Notes under the pieces: model-generated
Told to the model about the DNA's origin: nothing
Databases searched by the model: none
The model's input: only the letters and a program-made list of their open reading frames with translations
Program-made: the position numbers and the translations under genes
From: Alkalispirochaeta sp.
Lineage (GTDB): Bacteria > Spirochaetota > Spirochaetia > DSM-27196 > Alkalispirochaetaceae
Direction: 5' to 3'
Length of the DNA stretch: 37,014 nt
Assembly: GCA_965242725.1 (NCBI GenBank)
Contig: CBDESZ010000010.1
Span: 1 to 37,014 of the forward strand
Part shown: positions 20,597-29,648 of the stretch, one piece after another
Layout: the number at the start of each line of letters is the position of its first letter
Position numbering within the stretch: the first letter of the stretch is position 1

Positions 20597-21235
20597 TCAA
20601 TCCTCCCGTTCGCTGCCGCGCAGGGCTCGGTAGCGTCGCTCTATTTCGCCGTGGAGGCGTCTGCCGACTTCGGTTGTCAGACGGGGCCGACTCGTCTCAA
20701 AGAACTCGTCCAGCCCTTCAAAGGAGATCGGACGGGAATCAGGGGGCGCATTTTCCGTCACGGCGGGGTACCGGCGCTGTCCTTCATACAGCAGCGCCTG
20801 CAGACACATTTCACATAAGTTCATATCTCTGACAAAGCGCGCCGTAGGTGTGCGTTTCTTTTCATACTCCTCCCAGAGCGCATCAAGTTCCTCCCGTCCA
20901 TTGTCGGCCGGCACCATCTCCATGAGGCGGTCCATTGCGTTTCGTTCCCGCCGGCGCTTCTCGTCCGGGAGTACCGTCTGATCGTGCCTGTGTATCCGTG
21001 TGGCGATGTCTCCCGTTTCCGCCTCGGCCAGATCGTGGATGAGGGCCATTTGCATCGCCCGTTTCACGTCAGGGGCATGATCCGGTGTGTTTGACGACGG
21101 TGCGTACAGCCAGCAGAGGAGGGCCGTTCCCCAACTGTGATCGGCGACCGACTCGGGCCGCCGGACATTCATAATATTCCAGCCGGCGCGTTCCTCGTCC
21201 TTCAATCGGAACGCCGCAATCAGAAAATCAATCAC
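20597..21235 (-). CDS. HD-domain hydrolase (HDDC2/YfbR-like 5'-deoxynucleotidase family)
   Basis: 'LKDEERAGW', 'PESVADHS', 'ALIHDLAEAETGDI' and 'LWEEYE'. GGAGGAG RBS. Confidence 0.85.
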   Translation of the reverse strand: MIDFLIAAFRLKDEERAGWNIMNVRRPESVADHSWGTALLCWLYAPSSNTPDHAPDVKRAMQMALIHDLAEAETGDIATRIHRHDQTVLPDEKRRRERNAMDRLMEMVPADNGREELDALWEEYEKKRTPTARFVRDMNLCEMCLQALLYEGQRRYPAVTENAPPDSRPISFEGLDEFFETSRPRLTTEVGRRLHGEIERRYRALRGSERED

Positions 21236-21237
21236 CG

Positions 21238-21266
21238 TTGACTCCTCCCGATTCTAGGTATAGTGT
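21238..21266 (+). promoter_or_regulatory. Sigma70-type promoter for the 187-aa protein/kinase pair
   Basis: TTGACT (21238-21243), 17-nt spacer, TAGTGT (21261-21266). The spacer contains a CTAG site. Confidence 0.55.
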
Positions 21267-21314
21267 AGTTACGTGTCGTTGACACACAATACACCATATA
21301 TATGGAGGGGTACT

Positions 21315-21878
21315 ATGAGAGAGAGAACTGCTCTTCACCAAGTTACCACGATTGAGGAATTTGAGGCGCAATGGGATGCCATCGTCGGTTCCACCGGTGC
21401 GGCGTTTCGTATGGACGAGGAGGAGACCACCTGGCTCCGGACCAAACCGATCGCCCGGGTGATTGCGGCGATTCCGTTTCTGGCGGGCTGCCGCAACGCT
21501 GCGCGGACCGCGGTAACCCATCTGGGTACATACCTCCTGTCGATCAAAGAGACCAAGCCTTTCTTCAACGCCTCTCACGAGGACGACGGGAATATCCTCG
21601 ATCGTCTGCAATTGATCAGTTCCTTTGACGGCGGGGATCAACGGATCATCGATAGGGGTATGGCCCTTATCGCCTTGAGCATGATCGAGGACTATAAGCG
21701 GGATATACAGATTGACGCCGCCCTGGGTAAACACAATCCCGTGGCAACCGGCGCCTTTGACTACGATCAGATCCATGACGAGCTGCAGCGCCGCGTTGAA
21801 GCGGTCGACTGTCCCGCCATGGACGCGTTCCTCGCCCTTGAGGACGTGGGTACGATGGGGTACTGGTCAAACCGGTAA
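21315..21878 (+). CDS. Uncharacterised, probably helical 187-aa protein with an isoprenoid-synthase-like acidic motif and a Trp near the C-terminus
   Basis: GGAGG RBS and ATG at 21315. Motif 'DYKRDIQIDAALGKHNP'. Ends '...GTMGYWSNR'. The CDS call is firm; the function is speculative. Confidence 0.75.
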   Translation: MRERTALHQVTTIEEFEAQWDAIVGSTGAAFRMDEEETTWLRTKPIARVIAAIPFLAGCRNAARTAVTHLGTYLLSIKETKPFFNASHEDDGNILDRLQLISSFDGGDQRIIDRGMALIALSMIEDYKRDIQIDAALGKHNPVATGAFDYDQIHDELQRRVEAVDCPAMDAFLALEDVGTMGYWSNR

Positions 21879-21888
21879 CGTGAAGGTA

Positions 21889-21921
21889 CGATATAGATCG
21901 GTCCAGAACCGGTCTATATCG
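21889..21921 (+). promoter_or_regulatory. Stem-loop immediately before the kinase start codon
   Basis: CGATATAGATCGGT-CCAGA-ACCGGTCTATATCG, a 14-bp stem with one G:U pair, ending 2 nt before ATG 21924. Confidence 0.65.
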
Positions 21922-21923
21922 CC

Positions 21924-23165
21924 ATGAATGATCAGCCCGCATATCCTTTTCATACAGTATGGTTGCAGAGAGCCTTTGGTATTGTCATTGCCAGCGGGAG
22001 TTTTTTAGCTGCGTCCATTGCGTATTTCGAACTCATTTTCATTCTTGATTACAACTTCTGGGATGCAATTCGGCAGACATCAGTATGGTTGTCGCTCTTT
22101 TTTGTACCCGCAGCCGCATTAACTGCGCTGTTTATCGGCTCGACCGCTCAATGGGCACAAATTGTGTTTTGTTTTGTAGCGGGTATCGCATCCGCATTCA
22201 CTTCAGGACTTGCAGATCTGACCAGTTTGATTTTTGTCGGATTAGGTTATTCACTCGCATTGCGGTACAACAAGATACGGGGTCATGTATGGCTTTTCTT
22301 TGTTCCCGCAACGGGGCTATATCTGTCAGTCTGGGTATTATCCAACATACGATTTATAGATGGTCCGGTCATGCAGATCCTGTTGAGCGCCGTCGGCGGG
22401 GGCATGCTCCTCCTCTTGACGATTTCAATCGTTCGGTCGGCGGAAATGGAGCAGCAACAGCAGCAGGATCATCTGGAGGAGATGGTACGGGACCGAACAT
22501 CGGACCTGGAAGAGGCGCTGCATCGGCAGGAGCAGCTTCGGCACCATAATGAACTCCTTCTCAAGGAGCTGCACCATCGCACCAAGAACAATCTCCAGAT
22601 CGTCGCGAGTCTTCTTTCGATACAGCGCAGCAGGACCGATAACGCCAGGAAACAGGCAACTGCCGTACTGGAACAGGCGGAACAGCGGATACAGACCCTT
22701 GCCGCGACGCATGAAGTGTTTCACCAGACCGACAGACTCTCCAGTGTCGAGCTTTCGGAATACATTCGGACGATACTTGCGTCATTTTCACATTCCAAGG
22801 GAGCGATTGAACCGCATTTTGCCGCCCCCCGGAACGGACTGGACGTACACATCGGTATGGACCAGGCGGTACTTATCGGACTCATCCTCAATGAAGTTGT
22901 TACCAATATCGTTGAGCATGCCTATCCGGGCATCATGGTAAAAGAAGTCTGGATCAATTTTCGTGCCACCGATGACGCGCTGGTCATCGAGTTAATGGAC
23001 AAAGGTGTCGGTGTTCCGCCGGAAATCTCACTGGAACGTCCCAAGACGGCCGGTATGGAGGTTGTCAACGCCCTTGTTGAGCAGCTGGAGGGGACGATCC
23101 GCCTCATCAGAACGCCGCACACGGTGTTTCATCTGGAACTACCGTTTACGCCTGTTTCTGAGTAA
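21924..23165 (+). CDS. Membrane sensor histidine kinase, HisKA_2/HWE type
   Basis: About 5-6 hydrophobic helices, a coiled coil, H-box 'ELHHRTKNNLQ', N-box 'NEVVTNIVEHAY', and 'DKGVG'. Confidence 0.92.
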   Translation: MNDQPAYPFHTVWLQRAFGIVIASGSFLAASIAYFELIFILDYNFWDAIRQTSVWLSLFFVPAAALTALFIGSTAQWAQIVFCFVAGIASAFTSGLADLTSLIFVGLGYSLALRYNKIRGHVWLFFVPATGLYLSVWVLSNIRFIDGPVMQILLSAVGGGMLLLLTISIVRSAEMEQQQQQDHLEEMVRDRTSDLEEALHRQEQLRHHNELLLKELHHRTKNNLQIVASLLSIQRSRTDNARKQATAVLEQAEQRIQTLAATHEVFHQTDRLSSVELSEYIRTILASFSHSKGAIEPHFAAPRNGLDVHIGMDQAVLIGLILNEVVTNIVEHAYPGIMVKEVWINFRATDDALVIELMDKGVGVPPEISLERPKTAGMEVVNALVEQLEGTIRLIRTPHTVFHLELPFTPVSE

Positions 23166-23469
23166 ACCTGACCGCCGTGCCGTACACCATCACCTCCGCA
23201 GCCCCCTGCATTACCGCGCTCGTAGCGTATCGGACATTAATGATTCCGTCGGCACCGAGACCGGTGGCCTGTTCCACCATGCGTTTCGTCGCGATTGCCC
23301 GCGCTTCGTTTATCATATCCGAGTAACCACGCAGTTCTCCTCCCACCAGCGTCTTTAATCCGGCCATAATGTCATTTCCGACATGTTTGGATTGGATCAT
23401 TGATCCCCGGACGAGCTGAATAGTCTCCACTTCCTGTCCGGTGATAAAATCAGTATTTACGATAATCAT
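23146..23469 (-). CDS. YbjQ/UPF0145 family protein
   Basis: 'DIMAGLKTLVGGELRGY', 'GADGIINVRY' and 'VYGTAV'. Start placed at ATG 23469. Confidence 0.9.
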   Translation of the reverse strand: MIIVNTDFITGQEVETIQLVRGSMIQSKHVGNDIMAGLKTLVGGELRGYSDMINEARAIATKRMVEQATGLGADGIINVRYATSAVMQGAAEVMVYGTAVRFTQKQA

Positions 23470-23680
23470 CTGGATTCTCCTTGTCGATTTCCCGCATTCG
23501 CTGCCACACCGCATAGGTCAGTCCCGCAAGTGCTGCAACCGTGCCCGCTATGATCAGAATACCGGCAATTCTCCCGCCGGGGACGAACGCAAATATGCGA
23601 TAGTATACGGTCCCCGCGGCGGCGATAACCGCCCCCCCGACGATACCGATAATGAGGGGGATAACACGTCTGTCAGCCAT
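23450..23680 (-). CDS. Small two-TM membrane protein (76 aa)
   Basis: GAGGAG RBS, two hydrophobic segments and a charged tail 'QRMREIDKENPDDYRKY'. Overlaps the YbjQ start. Confidence 0.75.
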   Translation of the reverse strand: MADRRVIPLIIGIVGGAVIAAAGTVYYRIFAFVPGGRIAGILIIAGTVAALAGLTYAVWQRMREIDKENPDDYRKY

Positions 23681-23692
23681 GGTCGGCTCCTC

Positions 23693-24691
23693 TTAATCCG
23701 AACGGGACGATTCGCTCGGATACACGACGCCGATTTGACGGCGTATCTCGTCCATCGTTTCCATGATCGAAACCGATTCGGAAAGTGGCATAGTCGGGCT
23801 TTCTTTGAGTCCCTTTGCGATGCACCGCTCCACTTCCAGTGCCTGATATTGCATTCCCCGACCCTTTATGGAATCGGTATACCGCTCTTCAACCCGACCG
23901 CTTCGATCGTACCGTGTAAAGGTCGTCTGGTTATACCACACCGTATCGATATCGATCCGTCCACTCGTGCCGACCACTGATGCGACGTTGGGTCCGGGGG
24001 TGAGAAAGCCCGTGTGAAGGGACGCCTGCGCACCGGACTCATACTCACAGATCATTGCCGTCATTTCATCGACGCCCTGTTCCGTCAGCACCGCCCGTGC
24101 CGTAATTTCTTTTGGTGTCCCGAACAGAGCCGAGGCAAAGGAAAGGGGATAGATTCCGAGATCCAGGAGCGCGCCGCCGCCCAACTCGGGATCGTGAAGA
24201 CGTACCGCCTTGCTGCGGGGGATGTACTGGTTGTGATCGGCAAGCAACACCCGGGGTGTCCCGATCTTGCCGGCATCGATTCTTTTCATTACGGCGATCA
24301 TCATGGGAAGGAATCGGGTCCACATCGCTTCCATCACAAAGACACCTTTCTCCGCGGCGGCATTCATGATTTCGCGGGCCTCCCCGGCATTTATCGTAAA
24401 GGGCTTTTCCACAAGGACGTGCTTCCCCGCCTCTATCGCCATGAGGGCGTTGGCTGCGTGCATCGGGGGCGGCGTCGCAACGTAGACCACGTCTACCGAA
24501 GGATCGGAGACCAGTTTCTGGTAACTGCCGTGGTGGTTTGGTATCGAGAACGTTGTTGCAAACTTCTCGGACTTCTTTTTCGTTCTGCTTCCGACGGCCG
24601 CGACGTGCAGGCCCGTGGTCAGGAGATCCTGTACCTGAAGTGCCGCGATCCCACCGGTTCCGATGATTCCCCATCCAATTTTCTTACTCAT
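23693..24691 (-). CDS. Gfo/Idh/MocA family NAD(P)-dependent oxidoreductase
   Basis: 'WGIIGTGGIA', 'GKHVLVEKP', 'MEAMWTRF' and 'GGGALLDLGIY'. Start placed at ATG 24691. Confidence 0.92.
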   Translation of the reverse strand: MSKKIGWGIIGTGGIAALQVQDLLTTGLHVAAVGSRTKKKSEKFATTFSIPNHHGSYQKLVSDPSVDVVYVATPPPMHAANALMAIEAGKHVLVEKPFTINAGEAREIMNAAAEKGVFVMEAMWTRFLPMMIAVMKRIDAGKIGTPRVLLADHNQYIPRSKAVRLHDPELGGGALLDLGIYPLSFASALFGTPKEITARAVLTEQGVDEMTAMICEYESGAQASLHTGFLTPGPNVASVVGTSGRIDIDTVWYNQTTFTRYDRSGRVEERYTDSIKGRGMQYQALEVERCIAKGLKESPTMPLSESVSIMETMDEIRRQIGVVYPSESSRSD

Positions 24692-24753
24692 AGATTGATT
24701 GTATCGTACAATCGAGTGTTGCTCCAAACTCTTTCATTTGATAGGAATTACGT

Positions 24754-25167
24754 ATGTGGCCACAACGGGTGCGATACGCCCTACGGGCGTTAATAGCCCT
24801 ATCCCTTCGGCCGTCCGAGCGAATCTCCGCCGGTGAGATCGCCCGTCGGTATGATATACCCCCGAAATATCTCGAATCGATCCTCCTGGAGCTTCGACAG
24901 GCGGGTATCGTGGAAAGTACCAAAGGCAAGTCCGGCGGCTATCGGCTGACCAGAGAGCCGGCGGCCCTGCGCCTCCTGACCGTCGTCCAGGCACTGGAAC
25001 CCGACTGGTTCTCCCCCGGCGTCGGCGGACCTGCACAGAATGCACCGGAGCGTTCCGTTCTCGCGTCGATTACCGAGGATACCCGTGCCGCTCTGGAGAA
25101 ACTGACCCTTGCCGATGCGCTCACCCGCTGGCAGGATTCGTCGGATACGTTGACCTACGTCATTTAG
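24754..25167 (+). CDS. Rrf2 family transcriptional regulator without Fe-S cysteines (CymR-like)
   Basis: 'RYALRAL', 'IPPKYLESILLELRQAGIVESTKGKSGGYRL' and C-terminal 'YVI'. No Cys residues. Confidence 0.9.
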   Translation: MWPQRVRYALRALIALSLRPSERISAGEIARRYDIPPKYLESILLELRQAGIVESTKGKSGGYRLTREPAALRLLTVVQALEPDWFSPGVGGPAQNAPERSVLASITEDTRAALEKLTLADALTRWQDSSDTLTYVI

Positions 25168-25459
25168 TATCTATGAGCTGACTCGACGCCCGCGCTTGAA
25201 TTCTTTTTATTAAATAATAAATACAAATAATATCTATTACTCCGCATACTTGGATCGGTGACTTGCCCGTGATCCTCCGGGGATCTTCAAAATCCATCAT
25301 TTCCTAACCGGGATTATTGAATTCTGGGCCGCCATCAAAAAAATTGGGCGTTTACATATCCAATGAGCAGATCGGAGAATTACCTGCTCTACTACACAAG
25401 AAATACAAGGCGGTTTATTACCCGATATTTGAATGCCTACCGCCGCAGGAGGTATTTGC

Positions 25460-26935
25460 GTGGCCCGACCAATGATTTCGATCGGGAAAACAACGGCGCT
25501 TGCCGGATTATTCGTGTTCATCCTCGTTGTGCCTGCGGTCGCCCAAATCACGATCACCGGTGATACAACCGCATTTTTCGCATACGGAATTGCAGAGACT
25601 GAAAACATTCTGCCCGACACCTTTGGTGTGGGCGTATATGACGAGATCAGGAACGGCTACTACATTAACAATGAGATCAGACTGTCCGGGGGCTTTGAAC
25701 AACGTTACGACTATTATGCACAAATTACGACGACCTCCCGCACCGGTTCTCCATATCTGCCGTTGCAGTTGGAGGATCAGGGAGAGGGAGATTTTTCGGT
25801 CCGTCTCGACAATCTCTGGATGCGGATTCACCTCAGCCGTCTTCTCTTCCCGCATCTCAGCATAGGCGGAGGTGAGGTCACATTTCAGACGAGGATGGGG
25901 AAGTACCGTATCAGTGCACCTGATACGACGGTATCGGACTTTGGCCTTGAGTCGGTTCAGGGAATGATCAAGACCGCCAACGCCTCGGCCCTGTCGTTGG
26001 AAGCCTCATACCGCTTTTCCGATCCAGGTCAAAGCTATTTCGGTACCCGTTCGACTATCGATCTGGAACTCGGTACAGCAGGAGTGTTTGACGACGCGAT
26101 ACAGCGCCTTTACGACGAAGACGGTGGAATGGGCAATCACGGACAACCGGTGGTCGGCGAGTATGCTCCACAGCTGATTGCCCGACTGGGCTTGAATAAC
26201 TATGTGCTGCCTTTCGGACGTACCTCCATCGGCCTCGCGTATGCCGTCAACGGTGCGGGAATTTACTCCGGGCACTCTTTCGGCGGTTCGGCCGTTCTCG
26301 ACATCGACGTCATGCCCAACACGATCACCGTCCCGATCAGTGCAGGCGCCGCATATTACGAGAAAAACATTGATGCCCTTGCCGGGTTTGCAGGATTGGA
26401 TACCGGGGCCAACACAACCGGAATCAGGGACACCCTTCGCGTCGGTTCCGCGATAGGGATTCGGCATATTCGCAGTGGAGGCGCTTTTCTGCGGGGACCG
26501 ATGGTTCTCGCGGAGGCAACCGTGTCGGGATCATATTCCCGGGTGAGCCATATTTACCGGGATCCGGTCGAGGTGATGAATCTCGGTATCGACGGTCGAT
26601 ACAACCTGCCCTCCAATCTGTTTGTCGGAGGCGGTCTCATGGTTGGTACGCTGACCGACGCCGTGTGGCGCACAAGCGAAGGGGTGGTTGAGGAAAGCTT
26701 CTATCGTGAATATTCCCCTGCGGACCACCTCGGATATGAGCTGTACGGCGGCGTGGATATCGTCGGTTCCGCCAGATTCATCGTCGGATATGCACACATG
26801 AAAGGTCTCTCAATGAATTACGGTCTCGAGTCCATTCCGGGCGGGATGGTGAAATACCGCCAGAGCGGCACTGCTGTAGCGGACATGCTCTGGGAGACCA
26901 GGAGTATATATGTGTTGACCACAATCACGCTGTAA
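25460..26935 (+). CDS. Secreted hypothetical protein, putative outer-membrane beta-barrel
   Basis: GGAGG RBS before GTG 25460 and an SPI-type signal ending 'PAVA|QITI'. Many alternating amphipathic Gly/aromatic-rich strands and a terminal strand 'SIYVLTTITL'. Confidence 0.6.
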   Translation: MARPMISIGKTTALAGLFVFILVVPAVAQITITGDTTAFFAYGIAETENILPDTFGVGVYDEIRNGYYINNEIRLSGGFEQRYDYYAQITTTSRTGSPYLPLQLEDQGEGDFSVRLDNLWMRIHLSRLLFPHLSIGGGEVTFQTRMGKYRISAPDTTVSDFGLESVQGMIKTANASALSLEASYRFSDPGQSYFGTRSTIDLELGTAGVFDDAIQRLYDEDGGMGNHGQPVVGEYAPQLIARLGLNNYVLPFGRTSIGLAYAVNGAGIYSGHSFGGSAVLDIDVMPNTITVPISAGAAYYEKNIDALAGFAGLDTGANTTGIRDTLRVGSAIGIRHIRSGGAFLRGPMVLAEATVSGSYSRVSHIYRDPVEVMNLGIDGRYNLPSNLFVGGGLMVGTLTDAVWRTSEGVVEESFYREYSPADHLGYELYGGVDIVGSARFIVGYAHMKGLSMNYGLESIPGGMVKYRQSGTAVADMLWETRSIYVLTTITL

Positions 26936-26974
26936 GTCGAGCTCCTCTATCCAACTGTACCAAGGAGGAAGGAT

Positions 26975-29572
26975 TTGAAAGGGACATGGCGTTGCAGGAA
27001 CTGGAAGATTTTTCATCAGAGTGGCGGTGCGATTCTTGTCATCACGCTCTTCGTTCTCATGTCGAGCTGCGGCAATCCCTTCGGCGGCTATGAGGAGTAC
27101 AACCCGGTAACCAGTACGGCGGTAGACTTTTTCGGCGACTTCAGAAAGGCCTCGTTCGGAGAGAGTGCCCGCAGGTCAAACGACGGCAACTGGGCGGAAA
27201 TCGATCACGACAACCGCACAATCCACATCACGTCCTATCGGCCTCCTGCAGCGGAAGAGTTCAATGCCGGGAAAATCGCCAACTCCCTGGACGGAATCAT
27301 GTATGTTTTTCGGGAGGTACCCGCCGACCGCAATTTTAAACTTTCTGCGACCGTTGAGGTACTGAGGTTTGGCGGCGTCGGATCCACCGGCGAGACGACG
27401 TCAAACGGTCAGGAAGGGTTCGGTTTGATGGCCCGGGACTTTGTACCCCTCTATCCGGGCTACACAATGGCGGATCTCGGGGCGGCGGCGGACCTCGGGA
27501 TCGTTGACCCCTACGATCAGTATTTCATCTCCTCCAGTGCCCACAGCGGAAGGAGTAATATGATTTTCGCCGGAGGCGTGAAACGGGGCGTGCGTTACGG
27601 CTACCGCTACGGTGTGGTCGGCGATATTGAGGCAGTATCCGATCCTGATGTGCAATCCGACGGATCGAACGCCGGCTTTATCTACAGGCCGGACGAACTT
27701 GCGTCATACGTACAGTGGCCGACTCTGGACGAGCGTCCGGACTTTCCGCTGATAAACGGTCGTTATCGCTTGACCCTTGAAAAAACCAACAGTGGATTTC
27801 TTGTCTCCATGGTTCCTCCTGCGGAGAAGGGCACTCCCTGGGAAGAATTCATCTGGGAACCGGATCTTCTGACCGCAGTCGATCCCGACCACTATTATGT
27901 CGGTTTTTTCGCGGCCCGGGCGGCGGAGATCATGGTACGCGACATCGTCTACTCCGAGTCGGACTCCCGGAGAAGTGCTCCCCGTATGGAACCGGAACCG
28001 CTGGAGGTTTCACCTGAGCTGGTCATTCTCTCACCGACGACAAACTCCCATCCCCAGGGCCGCTTCTATCGTATTATCGCCATGGCAAACGTCCCGGGTT
28101 ATTTGAGCGTCCGCCAGGACGGTATTCCCGTGCCGGGAGGCGAATGGGTGAGCGCCGAGTGGTTGAGCGGTGACTCCAATTACGGCAATATCGCACGTCC
28201 CGCGTATTTCGACATTCCCGTTCGTGACCTGCGGGTAGGAGAGAACGTTTTTCAGATCGCCTTTTATCCCGCATCGGAACACCCCGAGGAGGGGTATGTC
28301 ATTACCGGTACGACGCCGCTCACGCGCACCTTTCTCGTGGAACGGCGAATGTATTTTGACGCTGCAACGGATATCTATGCGGCACCGAGCGGGCGTCCCT
28401 CAAACAGAGGCACCGCCACGAGTCCCCTGGATCTTCAAACGGCCATCGATTTTGTACAACCCGGTCAGACGGTCATCCTGAAGAACGGCGTGTACGAGAT
28501 GCTTTCCTTTCGGATACCCCGCTACAACAGCGGCCGATTCGGCGCTCCCAAGCGGATGGAAGCCGAGAGTCCGGGGGAGGCCGTCATCGATTTCAAGAAG
28601 AATCCATATGCCACGGGAGCGGTGGTGGAAGGCAGTTACTGGGAGATATCGGGAATTCACTTCAGGAACACCCCGGACAAGGTAAAGGGATTTGTTGTGA
28701 TGGGTAACAACAACGTGATCGAATGGGTGAACACCTACGACAACGGCGACACCGGTTTTCAGATAAGCGGCAGCAGCACGCTCCCTGCTACGATGTGGCC
28801 CTGGAATAACACCGTGCGTTACAGCGAGTCCTTCAACAACCGCGACGCCGCGGAGATTGATGCCGACGGCTTTGCAGCCAAACTCACCGTCGGTTCGGGC
28901 AACCGTTTTGAGTGGTGTCTCTCCCACAACAACGCCGATGACGGCTGGGACCTCTACAGCAAGGTGGAGACCGGTTTCATTGGAGAGGTCGTTATTGAAA
29001 ACAGCATCTCCTACCGCAACGGCTTCCTCCTTGACGGAAGGACGTCCACCGGCGGCAAAAACGGGTTCAAGCTCGGCGGGGAGGGGATGCCGATACGCCA
29101 TCGCGTCTACAACGCCCTTGCCTTTGAAAACGGTGCAAACGGATTCACAGGGAACTCCAATCCCGACATCGTACTGGACCGGGTCACCGCCTTCAATAAT
29201 GGGACGTCAAATCACCGGAATTATACGATTTACGATTCCGCAGGTGATATCAGTGTGAGTGCAGACCTCACCGGTATTCTCTCCCTCTATTCCCCGGAGG
29301 AGGGTGCAGATCGGAGTGACGACCGCGTCACCCTCCACCTTCCTGCCAGTGGTTACGCATGGGTAGACGGTTCTCCCCGAAACGCCAACGACAACACTAT
29401 AGACATTACCGAGGACATCCGGTCTGTCGTGCCGCCGCTGTGGAATCGAAGTTATACCTCTCAGGTTGCTCCGGGAGAGGAAGGGTTTATCCGGCGTAAT
29501 CCGGACGGAACCTTTGCCCTCGGGGACTTCCTTGACCTCATTCCGGCGCTTTCGGTTGGAGCGTCGTTTTGA
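26975..29572 (+). CDS. pelX: PL9 pectate/exopolygalacturonate lyase lipoprotein (PelX-like)
   Basis: Lipobox 'LMSS-C'. PelX-like N-domain 'GKIANSLDG...NFKLSA...QEGFGLMARD'. PL9 beta-helix motifs 'DADGFAAKL', 'NADDGWDLY' and 'NGFKLGGEG'. AAGGAGG RBS before TTG. Confidence 0.85.
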   Translation: MKGTWRCRNWKIFHQSGGAILVITLFVLMSSCGNPFGGYEEYNPVTSTAVDFFGDFRKASFGESARRSNDGNWAEIDHDNRTIHITSYRPPAAEEFNAGKIANSLDGIMYVFREVPADRNFKLSATVEVLRFGGVGSTGETTSNGQEGFGLMARDFVPLYPGYTMADLGAAADLGIVDPYDQYFISSSAHSGRSNMIFAGGVKRGVRYGYRYGVVGDIEAVSDPDVQSDGSNAGFIYRPDELASYVQWPTLDERPDFPLINGRYRLTLEKTNSGFLVSMVPPAEKGTPWEEFIWEPDLLTAVDPDHYYVGFFAARAAEIMVRDIVYSESDSRRSAPRMEPEPLEVSPELVILSPTTNSHPQGRFYRIIAMANVPGYLSVRQDGIPVPGGEWVSAEWLSGDSNYGNIARPAYFDIPVRDLRVGENVFQIAFYPASEHPEEGYVITGTTPLTRTFLVERRMYFDAATDIYAAPSGRPSNRGTATSPLDLQTAIDFVQPGQTVILKNGVYEMLSFRIPRYNSGRFGAPKRMEAESPGEAVIDFKKNPYATGAVVEGSYWEISGIHFRNTPDKVKGFVVMGNNNVIEWVNTYDNGDTGFQISGSSTLPATMWPWNNTVRYSESFNNRDAAEIDADGFAAKLTVGSGNRFEWCLSHNNADDGWDLYSKVETGFIGEVVIENSISYRNGFLLDGRTSTGGKNGFKLGGEGMPIRHRVYNALAFENGANGFTGNSNPDIVLDRVTAFNNGTSNHRNYTIYDSAGDISVSADLTGILSLYSPEEGADRSDDRVTLHLPASGYAWVDGSPRNANDNTIDITEDIRSVVPPLWNRSYTSQVAPGEEGFIRRNPDGTFALGDFLDLIPALSVGASF

Positions 29573-29648
29573 AATTCCCTTTGGCACGGATTTCGTGAAC
29601 CTGCAGCCTACGCGGCAGGTACATCGAGAATATAGAGGAGGAGATGTA

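Noticed and set aside
24754..25167. IscR/NsrR Fe-S sensor
   Set aside because: The protein has no cysteines and there are no isc/suf genes nearby.
25340..25400. Possible riboswitch in the leader of the pectin module
   Set aside because: Only a 6-bp stem is visible and I could not match any known aptamer consensus. An Rfam search would be needed.
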